Shown here: piece after piece, positions 1-11,121 of the stretch
Position numbering within the stretch: the first letter of the stretch is position 1
How the letters are laid out: every line of letters begins with the position of its first letter
Source of the DNA: an uncultured Eubacteriales bacterium
GTDB taxonomy: Bacteria > Bacillota > Clostridia > TANB77 > CAG-508
Direction of reading: 5' to 3'
NCBI GenBank assembly: GCA_949288175.1
Contig: CASEIV010000006.1
Location: forward strand, 77-64,076
DNA: 64,000 nt
Translations under genes and position numbers: made by a program
Notes under the pieces: model-generated
What the model was told of the DNA's origin: nothing
What the model saw: the letters and a program-made list of their open reading frames with translations, nothing else
The model's database searches: none

Positions 1-3000
1 CCACTATATTCTTTGTATTTTCCGTCTTCTGCTTTACTTGCTTGTTCAAATCCACTAATGACTAATCTATATTTTTCTCCTACTTTTACATCTGCTCCCT
101 CTCTTGTTTCTGTAATATCTTCCACTTTTGTTAATGTCTTTGTGATGTTTTCTGGTACTGCATTAGTATCTAACATTTTTACAGTAATATTATCCTGATT
201 GGTTAATACTGTTGAAACATCATAATATTTGTCTGTTACTGAAAAGTCTACTGTTAGTGTTTTTTCTTCATAATTGATATCTGTTGATGAATAATTATAT
301 ACAAATTCTGGTTTGATAAAGTCTGCAAACATAACATCTTCTGTATTTTGGTCTACTTTTACTTTGTCTTGTACAATATTGTCTATTCTTGCTCCAAAAT
401 CTGATACAGCACCTGCTCCTGTTTCTGCTCCTGTATATGTGTCACTACTTGCAACTTCCATATTGCTATTTCCATACGTAGTATCTGATAAAGTTCCTTG
501 ATCATAAGTTCTTTGTGCGACTTCAATTCGAATATTTCCACTCCACTCTTTGTATGATTTTCCTATTCTTATTGTTGCCTCTTCAAAATTTGATAGTGTT
601 ACGACTTGCAATACATCTTTTGCACCTGTTCTAGCATTGTCTGTTTGTGTTGCACTTCCTACTTCTTTTGTCACAACATCTGTAATTTCTATATTATCTA
701 TAAATACTTTGATATCATTTGGTGTTAAGGAACTAGTCACATCACTAATATATTCATCTGGACTTACTTCTTGGTTGGTAGTTCCTCTTAATGTAATGTT
801 GATTTTGGGATTATTTGTTTCTGTTTCATCTAAACTTGCTTCTTCTTTTATCCATTCAGTTCTGTATTTGGGTTCAATCTTTCCTCTAGTAAATCCTATA
901 TACGGATCTCCATTCATTGAAAATACTTCGAAGTGTGTTTTGTCTATATAGATAGCTTCTGGTGCTTGGATGATAATAGATCCAGATTTACCTGTACCAC
1001 CAAATATATTTAAACTCATTGACGCTATATTTGTAAAAGCTGGTCCAAGATCTAGATTTGTCATTTCTTTTTCTCCTGTATAATTAAACATACTGCTCAT
1101 ATCTGTTACCTTATTTGTATTGAATTTATCTCCTAAATCTAAACTTCGCATGTTATTAGCACCTGTACCATAGAACATCCAAGTCATATATTCCACATTA
1201 CTAGTATCAAATTTATCTCCTAAATCTAAGTCAGTCATTACTTCTACACCTGTATTTGCAAACATATAACTCATGTCTGTTACTTTACTTGTATCAAATT
1301 TACTTCCTAAGGATAAAAATGATAATTTTTCATATCCCATATTGGCAAACATATTACTCATATTCGTTACATTACTGGTATCAAAATTACTTCCCATCGC
1401 AAAATTTGTCATTAACATTCTACCTGTTGCATTAAACATATAACTCATATCTGTTACATTACTGGTATCAAAATTACTTCCTAAATATAAACTTCTCATT
1501 GTTTCCGTACCAGCATACTCAAACATATGACTCATATTTTGCACATTTCCCGTATTTAATAATTCAATATTTGTTATGATTTCTAACGTCGTAAAATCTC
1601 GTGCACCTATCCAACTAAACAAATAGCTTGAATCTATATTTCCAAATATGTCATCATTACTTCCAATATATACTTTTACTATACCATCTCCTATATATCT
1701 ATCTTCATACCATGCAATAATCGAATGATCTCCCATTGCTGATACATCCCATGCTGTACTATTGGCTCCTGATGTATTTGATACAAATGTAACATTGGTT
1801 ATATTTTGTCTTTCAATATTTGTATTTCCTAAGAATCCACTATTAGCTTCTGTTTCTGTACTCGTACTTCTCAATGTATTAAACACAATAAAATCTTTTT
1901 CTTTATTCCCATTTCCTGATGTATCTAATAACGTACCTTCTGGTATTCTAACCTTTATTTGATTTACTGTTGTGTCAATTCCTGAAAGTGTTAATGTATA
2001 TTCCGTACCATATTGTGCAGTTGAATTTACTCCATCTACAACTCTTTGTTCATTTAGAACTGTACTTGTTAATTGTTTTTCTATGGTGGTGTTTACACTT
2101 CCATTTACAAGAACTTGTATATTTGAAGTTGTCAATGTACTATTTGTTAAATATTTATCTGTTACAACAAATTTCAGTGTTGCCGTTTTTTCTTTTACAT
2201 TTACTGATGAATCGATTTTCTCAATTTCTGGTTTTATAAAATCGACAATTTCTTCGTCTCCTGTGCCATCGGGTTCATCAATTCCCACTGTGATATTTTT
2301 TTGAACATTTGTATTTCCAGATTTATCACTTACCATTCCTGCTGGGAACACAATACTAACTGGTCCACTGTATTCTTTGTATTTTCCATTGTCAATACTT
2401 GCTTTTTCAAATCCACTAATAACGAATCTGTATTTTTCTCCTATTTTTACCTCTGTTCCATCTCTTGTTTCTGTAATATCTTGCACCTTTCTTAAAGTTT
2501 TGGTTAAGTTTTCAGGTACTACATTTGTATCTAACATTTTTACGGTTATGTTCTCTGCATTTGCTAACACTTCCGAACTTTCAAAATATTTATCTGTTAC
2601 TGAAAAATCTACCGTTAATGTTTTTTCTTCATGATTGATATCTGTTGATGAATACTGATATGTAAATTCTGGTTCTATGTAATCGATAAACATTGCATTT
2701 GTTGTATTTTTATCTACTTTTGTTGCATCTTCTATCTGGCTATCTGTTCTACTTCCATTTTTCTCTATGTCCATATTGCTATTACCATAGGTTGTATCTG
2801 TTAAAGTTCCTTGTTCTACTTCTATTCGAATATTTCCACTCCACTCTTTGTAGTCTTTTCCTGTTCTTCTCGTTGCTTCTTCAAAATTTGATAGAGTTAC
2901 AACTTGTAATACATCTTGTGCTCCTGTTCTTGTATTTGCTATTTGTGTTGCAGTTCCGACTTCTTTTGTAACAATATCGGTGATTTCTGTATCATCTATA

Positions 3001-6000
3001 TATACTTTGATATCATTTGTTGTTAATGAACTGGTGACATCACTAATATATTCATTACTTGCTACTTCTGTATTTGTGGTTCCTCTTAAGGTAATATTCA
3101 TTTTTGGATTATTTATATCTGTTTCATCTATTTGTGTTGATTCTTTCAACCATTCTGTTCTGTATTTTGGAGTAATATTTCCTTCCAAAAGCTTGATTGT
3201 TGTACTTGAATTAGCATTTAATTTAAAATTTGTATTATCACTATAGATAGTTTCTGGTGCTAATATAATAAAAATACCTGAATAATCGAATATCCCCGTG
3301 TTTATGTCCGCTATCTTTGTAAAAGCTGGTCCCAAATTTAAAGTTTTTATTCTTTGTTCAGAAGACGTAGAAAACATTGAAGTCATATCAGTCACATTAT
3401 CTGTGAAAAACTTATCTCCTAAAACTAAACTTATCATTTTTTGACTTCCTGTCATCTCGAACATATGACTCATATTGGTTACTTTGCTTGTGTCAAATTT
3501 TTCTCCTAAATCCAAACTCGTCATTGACTTATATCCTGTATAAGAAAACATATAACTCATATTGGTTACATTACTTGTATCAAAGTTTTCTCCCAGATTC
3601 AAACTCGTCATTGAATTATATCCTGTATAAGAAAACATATAACTCATATTGGTTACATTACTTGTATCAAATTTATCTCCTAAATCCAAACTCGTCATTG
3701 AATTATATCCTGTACCCATGAACATATAGCTCATATCTGTTACCTTACTTGTGTCGAATTTATCTCCTAAATATAAATCTATCTTCTCTGAACTAAATCC
3801 TGTTCTGTAAAACATATAGCTCATATTTGTTACGCTACTTGTATCAAATTTGTCTCCTAGTTCTAGACTATCCATTCTACCATATCCTGTAAATGAAAAC
3901 ATATTACTCATATCTGTTACATTACTTGTATCAAATTTATCCCCTAAATCTAAACTTGTCATATATGTAAGTCCTGTACTTTCAAACATATTACGCATAT
4001 CTGTTACATTACTTGTATCAAAATTATTTCCCAAATCCAACCTTGTCATGGATTTACTACCTGTCCCATAAAACATATGACTCATATTAGTTACTTTGCT
4101 TGTATTCAGTAATCCTATGTTGGTAATCGTTTCTGCTGCTCTACCTAAATATTCTCCTAGCCATGCAAACAAATAACTTGAATCCATATTTGCATATATT
4201 GTTTCATTACTACCTATATATACTTTTACACTTCCATTTTCATTTGTTTCATACCATGCTAATATTGACTTATTTTCCCCTGCTGTTACATCCCATGCTG
4301 TACTATTTATATATGTATCAGTTGAAGCATCATATACATCTTCTGGTATATAATCCATAAATGTGACGTTATCTACTTTTTCTCTTTGTATATTGGTATT
4401 TCCTAGAAAAGTACTTGTTTTATTTGTTTCTGTACTTGTACTTTTCAACATGTTTCGTAAAATGATTGTTCCTCTCGTAAATTCTATGGTTTCATTTGAG
4501 TTTGCATTCAACTTAAAATGTGTACTATTTTGGTAGATTTCTTCTGGAACTTGGATAACAATTTCTTTAGATTTACCTGTACTTAAAAACATGTTTATAT
4601 TGTCTTCTGATATTTTTGTAAAAGCTGACCCTAAATTTAAACTTGTCATTGCACTTGCACCCGTGCTACTAAACATATAGTTCATATTAGTTACATTACT
4701 CGTATCAAATTTTTCTCCTAAATCTAAAGTTTTCATCGATCTATACCCTGTATTGTCAAACATATTTTGCATATTTATTACATTTCTTGTATCAAATTTT
4801 TCTCCCAAGTCTAAACTAGTCATTGCACTGCTACCTGTTGAAAGGAACATATAACTCATATCTGTTACTTTACTTGTATTAAACTTTTCTCCTAAGTCTA
4901 AATTAGTCATTGAATAAAATCCAGTCCTCATAAACATATGATTCATATCTGTTACATTACTTGTATCGAAATTCCCCCCCAGGTCCAAGCTTGTCATTGC
5001 ACTTTCACCTGTACTAGAAAACATATAACTCATGTTCGTTACATGGCTAGTATCTAATAGTTCAATATTTGTTATTGTTTCTGTTGATTTACAATAAGAT
5101 GAGAACCCTATATATGAAAATAAATAACTTGAATCTGTATTAGCATAGATTTTTTCATTACTACCTATATACACCTTTACCGATCCATTACCATTATTTT
5201 CATACCACGCAATAATAGAATTATCTTCCTCTGCTGATACATCCCATGCTTTATTATTTATATAGGTATTTGTTGAAGCATCATATACATCTTCAGGTAT
5301 GTTATCTACAAATGTTACATTATCTATTTTTTCTCTTTGAATAGTTGTATTTCCTAAAAAAGTAGTACCATTTATTTCTGTACTTGTACTTCTTAACATA
5401 TTTCCATCAGTAATAGCCATTGTTTCTATTCCAGAACTACTTGGTATATCATTTTCTATTTCTTCATTTGGTAATTCATTTGGTTCTACTGCCAATATAT
5501 ATCTTATTGTTTGATTATTTTTTGAGAAAGTTGTATAGATGTATTCTTTATTCACTGTACTTTCCATTGCAACAATTTGGTTATCTTCTTGTATGGTGTA
5601 TATCGTTGCAAGTGTATTTTCTTCTGTATTTTTTGTTTTTATTACAATTGACTCATTATATATACTTGGATCATATTCCATTTTTTCTTCTTCAATGCGT
5701 GTTCCATCTTTTAGCATAATGGTTGTTATCGTTGTATTGTCTGGTGTCGTACCTTCTGTTATACTTTCTACATTTTCATTTTCTTTTGCATTTTTTGCAT
5801 TGATATCTTCTATAATGCTATTTTCTTGTATGTTTGTATTTTCATTTTCTGCAATTTCATTTCCTTCTGTTTCATTTTCTACTGCTGTATCTTCTTCCTC
5901 ATTGTTCGCTACATCACTTATTAAGTTTTGTGACATTACAGTTTTTTCTGATATAAGATTGCCATCTACATCAAAAGTTCTTCTAACAATTTGATATACA

Positions 6001-6808
6001 GATACTTCATATGCTTTTTGCATAGTTTGTGTATCACTTGGTAACTGAATTTCTGATAATGTTGATAAATCTATCTCTTTAATATCCACTTGTGCTTCTA
6101 GTGGCATATATCCTGTTACAATAACAGTGTCATCGAACTCTACTTTTTCTTCTGTTGTTTCACCTTCTGTTGTTTCATTTTCTGTTGTTTCATTTTGTAT
6201 TGTTTTGCTTTCTGTTAATTCGTTTTCCATTGTTTCGTTTTCCGTTGTTTCGTTTTCTGTTGTTTCGTTTTCTGTTATTTCATTTGTTGAATTTTGCTCT
6301 TTTGTTTCTTGATTTGTTTTCCCTTCCTCTGTTATTGTTTCTTCTGATGTTTCCTCTTCCGTTTTCTTTTCAGCTAATAATTCTTTGTTGTAAAGTGTAA
6401 TGATTTGACCATCTTCTGTCTCTATTTCTTTTTTATCATAATCTGTTTGTAATTGTACTTTTAAATCGTCCACTTCAGTTTGTGTTAATGTAAGTGTTTT
6501 ATCAGCATTTTCGTCATTCATTACCACTTCTGCACCATCAGTTGTATAATATTTCGTTACAATATTTCCATTTACTGCTGTTGGCAAATCAAGCAGATAG
6601 TTTCCATCTTGTGTTTCAGTAGCATCCACTGTTATTTTTTGTAGCTCTAATGTTTCACTTTTATCAGAAATTTCTAGTTCAACTTGTATGACATTTTCTG
6701 CTCGTGATCTTCTGACATATGTATATGTACCAATTAAAATAGCAATTGCCATAATGAATATAACGATATTTCTTATTTTTTTGACGATTAATTTATTTTT
6801 TAACATGT
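1..6808 (-). CDS. Giant repetitive cell-surface protein. The N-terminal signal/anchor, Thr/Glu/Asn-rich TENET low-complexity region and blocks of ~26-27-aa DUF285/BspA-like leucine-rich repeats are in the window. The 3' end is partial and continues beyond position 1.
   Basis: The reverse complement from 6808 reads GGAGG-N6-ATG MLKNKLIVKKIRNIVIFIMAIAILIGTY... with no minus-strand stop reported anywhere in 1..6808. The track lists only short plus-strand antisense ORFs in this region. Repeats translate as ...LDLGEKFDTSNVTNMSYMFSYTGY..., matching the DUF285/BspA-type LRR motif. Confidence 0.7.
1000..1560 (-). repeat. DUF285/BspA-like repeat block 1. Tandem ~78-81 bp coding repeats encode 'FDTSxVTNMSxMF' units.
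   Basis: Recurring 'ctcatat(c/t)tgttac(a/c)tt(a/g)ctggtatcaaa(a/t)tt' units are visible on the plus strand. Confidence 0.7.
3280..4130 (-). repeat. DUF285/BspA-like repeat block 2. It includes two almost identical consecutive 81-bp units at about 3540-3700.
   Basis: Near-identical tandem units are visible on the plus strand. Plus ORF 3488..3721 shows the duplicated peptide NSSLNYILYKKTYNSYWLHYLYQ. Confidence 0.75.
4560..5060 (-). repeat. DUF285/BspA-like repeat block 3
   Basis: Same repeat unit family as blocks 1 and 2. Confidence 0.65.
6150..6300 (-). repeat. 15-bp tandem coding repeat (unit tgtttcgttttctgt, about 8-9 copies). It encodes the (T)ENETT pentapeptide repeats of the giant protein.
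   Basis: Direct reading of repeated 15-mers. The translation is TENETTENETTENETMENELTE... Confidence 0.75.
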
Positions 6809-6965
6809 TTTTCCTCCGTTTTTTTCGTATATTTTTTTGTATTTCTCATGTTTATTTTTTATATTTTATTTATTTTTTTGCCTATTTTTTCCTCTTATAT
6901 TTATATCACAACATATGGTTTTTTTCAACAATTTTCGAGTTTTTTTGTTGATTTCTTTACAGTTT

Positions 6966-6993
6966 AAAAAGCGCTATTTTTAGCGCTTTTTTA
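6966..6993 (-). terminator. Rho-independent terminator-like hairpin (aaaaagcgct-attttt-agcgctttttt), bidirectional
   Basis: Perfect GC-containing palindrome flanked by A and T runs. Confidence 0.5.
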
Positions 6994-6997
6994 GACT

Positions 6998-7283
6998 TGT
7001 CGCATTAGGTTCGTTTGTCTATGCGACATTCCGACGTGCAACTTTGTTTTGTCGCATCAGGATCTGATCCCAATGCGACATTATCCCAATGCGACATTGG
7101 GTTCATTGAGACCTGGTCCTTCTTGGTCTTTTTGGTACAACGTTGTTTTTTCTATACAATAAAAAAGCTGAGACAGAAACTTTCACTGTTTTCCACCCCA
7201 ACTATTAGCATTCAATCATTTTGTCCCATTGAGTTCGTTTTGTCAATGCAATGTCGCATTAACAAACGAACCTAATGCGACAT
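6998..7283. repeat. REP-like palindromic repeat cluster, family 1 locus A. Several copies of the unit TGTCGCATTAGGTTCGTTTGTCTATGCGACATT and its partner AATGTCGCATTGACAAACGAACCTAATGCGACATT, plus a family-2-like GAGACCTGGTCC segment.
   Basis: The same about 33-nt hairpin unit (stem AATGTCGCAT/ATGCGACATT) recurs at 13454, 15706, 20020, 20850 and 36677. It creates spurious MSMRH ORFs. Confidence 0.75.
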
Positions 7284-8558
7284 TTAAAATTCCTGAACCC
7301 TATTTTTCTTATGAAGCATCGGTAAACTTTTGTATATAATCTTAAAACATGAGAATTTTTCTAATTCGTTGTCTTCCAAACAATCTAAATAAATGTCTAA
7401 TTCTTCCAAATTTTTACATGCAGATATGACTGCTGGATGTAAATTTGTTTCAAACATTAATTCAATCCCTAATAAAATAGCACTTCTTCTAGATTTTCCT
7501 TCTTTTTTATACATTAAGTTATAACCTTCTTTAAATCTAGCTCTAATGGCATTTTTATATTTATCTAATGGACATATATACTTTTCTTCTATCAAATCCG
7601 AAATTTTTGTACCTTTGTGTTCTAATATTTCGTTTTTTATTTCTGCTTTTGTGTATGGTAAATACACTTTACCATCTTCTTCTGAAATTATCAGTGTTTT
7701 ATTGTCTTCCAAGTTGTTTTCAATTACTTTTTCTTCATCAATAATAAAGTTTAATCCTTCTTCATTTGCGACAATTTCTGTTAAGTTAGTTAATTTAAAA
7801 TTCACGACATTATCTTTTCTTTCAAGATTATCAATCACATAATTAATTTTAAAATCTTGATTCGTAATAATTTCATAGTCTTGATGGTCTCTGTGTAATA
7901 CTAAATATACATCATCACTAATGACTCTAATTTCAGTATCTCTAACAATAATATAGGATGAACCACTATTTTTTGTATATAGGTTGTACTCTGTTTTTTG
8001 CATTTCAATTCTATATTGATTTTCTTCTAAAAAGACATCTGTAACGCCATCTTTTGCATTTATTTTAATTCCTTCATTAATATCTTTTGGTTCTTCTACT
8101 TTTTTTGTTCTTCTTTTTCTCGTTTTTGTTTCTTTTTTCAAAATTTCCGCAAAAACACTTGTATCTGTTTCTTCTTTAGCTTTTTTTCTAGTTTTTTTCT
8201 CCTTATTTTCGTCATCCTCGTTTAACGTTTCTATGTTCAATTCTGCATTTAATGCTTTCTTTTTGTCTTTTTTTATTTCTGTTTCTGTAAGTTCATTTAT
8301 GATTTTTTGACCTTGTTCTATTTTTTGTCTCATCGAATCTATGCTAGCAATCATTTCATTTTTTCTAGCATCATCAAATTCAAATGTTTTTTCTTCTTTT
8401 TTCTTTCTTCCTCTTTTGCTTTTTGGTGGGTGTTGGACTACATTTTCTTGTTCTTCCATTGGTTCAAAGTCAAATTTATAGATATCATCTTCCGAATTTT
8501 TTTGTGTTCTTTTTCTTGTTCGAACTTCTTTTGTGTCTTCTAATAATTTCCTTGCCAT
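7284..8558 (-). CDS. Hypothetical Lys-rich protein. Start reassigned to MARKLL (GGAGGG-N5-ATG).
   Basis: Long ORF with an RBS. There are no recognisable domains. N-terminal half is highly basic (K/E-rich). Confidence 0.55.
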   Translation of the reverse strand: MARKLLEDTKEVRTRKRTQKNSEDDIYKFDFEPMEEQENVVQHPPKSKRGRKKKEEKTFEFDDARKNEMIASIDSMRQKIEQGQKIINELTETEIKKDKKKALNAELNIETLNEDDENKEKKTRKKAKEETDTSVFAEILKKETKTRKRRTKKVEEPKDINEGIKINAKDGVTDVFLEENQYRIEMQKTEYNLYTKNSGSSYIIVRDTEIRVISDDVYLVLHRDHQDYEIITNQDFKINYVIDNLERKDNVVNFKLTNLTEIVANEEGLNFIIDEEKVIENNLEDNKTLIISEEDGKVYLPYTKAEIKNEILEHKGTKISDLIEEKYICPLDKYKNAIRARFKEGYNLMYKKEGKSRRSAILLGIELMFETNLHPAVISACKNLEELDIYLDCLEDNELEKFSCFKIIYKSLPMLHKKNRVQEF

Positions 8559-8693
8559 TTTACCCTCCAATCTTTCGTATTTTTAACTTTATATTTTATC
8601 CTAATTACATTAATGTTGTACATAATTTCATACAATTTACATATGTCATAAAACCTGTATATTTACAAGTTTTATGACATATTATTTGTTTTA

Positions 8694-9830
8694 TTAGTCA
8701 CCTGTTAATTCATGTGAGCCTTCTTCTGATCCTTTTACTAATCCTATATTGACTTTAACACCTCCACCATGTGAAGCATAGTTAATACAGTCAACATCTT
8801 GTCCTTCTAGCCATAAATATATTCTAATTCTAGAAATTTTATTTGGTGTAATTCCAAAATCTGTTGTACCATCAGTTGTACTTACTAGATTTTGAACACC
8901 TTCAGCAATTGAGTAATCTTCTGTTGATGTTTTTGTTGTTTGTAATACATTTTGTTTTTTTAGAAGATTCTCTGAACCATCCCATTTATATATATTTGCA
9001 ATAGATTGTCCTAGAGAATTATCTGCTAATACATAAGTATCCATTTGGGTTGTCGCATTAAAATTCGAACCTGGTCCTGTAATTTTATTGTTGTTTTGTA
9101 CAACATACTCTACGTGGTCATTAGAGTTTGGTTCCCAAATAGCAACATCAGTAATATATACTGGGCTACTTCCCACACCAATTCCTGCCGTTTCTTTTAA
9201 AATAGTTGCTTGGTCTGCCATAGTATCTGATGTTCCAGCATATTTTGCAAATGCAACTCTTGCTGTATTTTGTAATCCTGTTGCACTATTTTCTGTTTCC
9301 ATTATTTCTAATGAAGAATCATAATTTAACTGTAATATATCATCTATATCATCTTGTCTTGATGAGTTCTTTAAGAATACGTCAAACGCAAAATATCCTG
9401 GATATGTTGTAATCTCTGAATTGGTTTCCTCTTCATCCATTTGTTGAATATTATTTAGTTGAATAGAATTGTTAAGTGTTCCTCTAAGCATTAGTAAGTC
9501 TGTTCGATTTGAACCTACCAATCCTAATGTTGATACTGGTAACATTTCTGTAGGTTTTATATTATGATTTCCTTCATAAGCATCATCTATAATATCTAAT
9601 TGTCCTTCTTCTTCTCCTAATACCAAACCATTTGACCAGTTTTGAGCATCAAGTGAAATTTCCAACCCTTCTGCAACTTCTACTGTACCATTTAAGTTTG
9701 TAATAGATACATTTCTTTGCGTTGAAAACCATGCATAGGTTGATATAATAAATATTACTAAAGCGAATAATATGATAAAAAACATTGCATTCATCTCTGA
9801 TTTTTTCTTGTTTTTCTTACTTTTTCCCAT
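8694..9830 (-). CDS. Secreted protein with TasA/camelysin-like (SipW-cognate type) N-terminal signal region
   Basis: N-terminus is Lys-rich, then a TM segment, then STYAWFSTQRNVSITNLNGTVEV, resembling the GTYAYFSD...GTLDL motif of TasA/CalY family proteins. RBS AAAGGAG. Confidence 0.45.
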   Translation of the reverse strand: MGKSKKNKKKSEMNAMFFIILFALVIFIISTYAWFSTQRNVSITNLNGTVEVAEGLEISLDAQNWSNGLVLGEEEGQLDIIDDAYEGNHNIKPTEMLPVSTLGLVGSNRTDLLMLRGTLNNSIQLNNIQQMDEEETNSEITTYPGYFAFDVFLKNSSRQDDIDDILQLNYDSSLEIMETENSATGLQNTARVAFAKYAGTSDTMADQATILKETAGIGVGSSPVYITDVAIWEPNSNDHVEYVVQNNNKITGPGSNFNATTQMDTYVLADNSLGQSIANIYKWDGSENLLKKQNVLQTTKTSTEDYSIAEGVQNLVSTTDGTTDFGITPNKISRIRIYLWLEGQDVDCINYASHGGGVKVNIGLVKGSEEGSHELTGD

Positions 9831-10047
9831 TGTTTCTCCTTTACAACATTCACGATTATTATTAATTTTACTTTATTTTACTATCTAAAATTTTCATTGT
9901 CAACAATTTTTGACCATATTTATTTTACGTTTTTATTACATTTTTGTTACATTTTGTAAATTTTTATGAATGTATATTTTTTTCTTTTGAATTGTTATTT
10001 ACTTGTTACATTATCATTCTGTTTGTTGTTTCTCTATCTTTTTATTT

Positions 10048-10620
10048 TTAAATTTTTTCTTTCTCACTTATTTCTTCTTTTTCTTCTTTTTTTGCTTGTT
10101 TTTCCCCTTGTTTTGTTGTTTTTTTCTTTTCCCTTCCTAACTTATGACTATCTAATAAATTAACAAAAAGTTCTAGTTCTATGCTTAAAAATGCAATATA
10201 TGGAATGTGTTCTTCTAAAACATATTCTCTAAGTGTTTTTTCTGAAACCATATCTACCCTTGTTCTTTCTTGATATGTCGTATCATTTGTCATAACAATA
10301 TAAAATACAAATATGATGGCTATCATAATTAACAGTTTATTACTTTTCTTGTGTTTGATTTGCAATATAAATGTGATTACTGATGCAATTAATATGATAC
10401 TAGCAATTAGATTTAGTATCCTCGTATCACATTTTATCCAGAACCCTGGATTTCTTACATTCCATAAATATGACAAATATATCCACACAAATACATTGAT
10501 AAGCATACATATATTCAATATCTTATAATTTCTTTTTAGTAAATTTTCTATTAACATGATAAGTGGTAGTATAAGTATTGCTATGTTTACACTAATAATT
10601 AATATTTCTGTTAGATTCAT
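10048..10620 (-). CDS. Hypothetical membrane protein with a Lys/Glu-rich C-terminus
   Basis: ORF with RBS AAAGGGGAA and 4-5 predicted hydrophobic TM segments. Confidence 0.5.
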   Translation of the reverse strand: MNLTEILIISVNIAILILPLIMLIENLLKRNYKILNICMLINVFVWIYLSYLWNVRNPGFWIKCDTRILNLIASIILIASVITFILQIKHKKSNKLLIMIAIIFVFYIVMTNDTTYQERTRVDMVSEKTLREYVLEEHIPYIAFLSIELELFVNLLDSHKLGREKKKTTKQGEKQAKKEEKEEISEKEKI

Positions 10621-10847
10621 TTTCGTTCCCCTTTCTTTTGTTCAAGGTTTCGTATTACTCGTGATTATAATTTCCCAAATTTGTGTAACTGTTGGTATTA
10701 CTGTGATACGTGTTATTCATTTTTTGTATTTTTTCTTATTTCCTATGCATACTATACTATAAAGTGAATGAAATAACAAGTAAATTTTTAAAATTAAATG
10801 ATTTTTTAAGATTATATTTTCAGCGTATGGTTACGATTTTTTCTATT

Positions 10848-10878
10848 CAAAAAAAATACTCCTTTTTATAGGAGTATT
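10848..10878 (-). terminator. Terminator hairpin downstream of tRNA-Met (aaaatactcct-ttttat-aggagtatttt)
   Basis: Perfect 11-bp stem with flanking T run. Confidence 0.5.
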
Positions 10879-10881
10879 TTT

Positions 10882-10958
10882 TGGTAGCGAAGATGTGATT
10901 CGAACACATGACCCTTCGGGTATGAACCGAATGCTCTAGCCAACTGAGCTACTTCGCC
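10882..10958 (-). tRNA. tRNA-Met (CAT anticodon, elongator type), CCA encoded
   Basis: The reverse complement is GGCGAAGTAGCTCAGTTGGCTAGAGCATTCGGTTCATACCCGAAGGGTCATGTGTTCGAATCACATCTTCGCTACCA. It folds into a cloverleaf with anticodon loop TTCATAC, as in Bacillus elongator tRNA-Met. Confidence 0.85.
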
Positions 10959-11043
10959 ATATTTATATTTTATTTTGCTAACCTGTTTGCTAGTTAGCAA
11001 GTAATATTATACTGGTAGTTTTTCCTTTTGTCAAGTAAAAAAT

Positions 11044-11076
11044 ACAAGAATTTCAAAATTCTTGTATTTTTATGCC
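11044..11076 (-). terminator. Terminator hairpin (aaaatacaagaattt-tgaaattcttgtatttt) downstream of ORF 11122..11496
   Basis: 13-bp inverted repeat with T-run. Confidence 0.5.
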
Positions 11077-11121
11077 CTCTAATGATTATTTAATGCATTT
11101 TTTTGTTATTTTATGCCAATT

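Noticed and set aside
1-6808. About 18 plus-strand ORFs of 60-150 aa (for example 550..951, 1972..2304, 5539..5994)
   Set aside because: They are antisense to the continuous minus-strand giant gene. Their Phe/Leu/Ser/Val-rich compositions and mutual similarity simply mirror the coding repeats on the opposite strand.
7015-7275. ORFs beginning MSMRH (7015..7275 +, 36695..36895 +, N-terminus of 20106..20921) and MLRPQNH (47666..47869, N-terminus of 21724..22794)
   Set aside because: They are encoded by the repeat elements themselves. The identical peptide prefixes at unrelated loci show they are artefacts of the repeat sequence, not genes.
6998-7283. Possible CRISPR array at the palindromic repeat clusters (also 13454, 15706, 20020, 36677)
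   Set aside because: Units are directly adjacent or separated by only 0-15 nt of irregular sequence. There are no uniform about 30-40 nt unique spacers. The copies are dispersed at many loci with both orientations. There is no cas gene nearby.
10621-10880. Additional tRNA or ncRNA near tRNA-Met
   Set aside because: Only one cloverleaf-compatible sequence was found. The surrounding sequence is AT-rich without conserved tRNA boxes.
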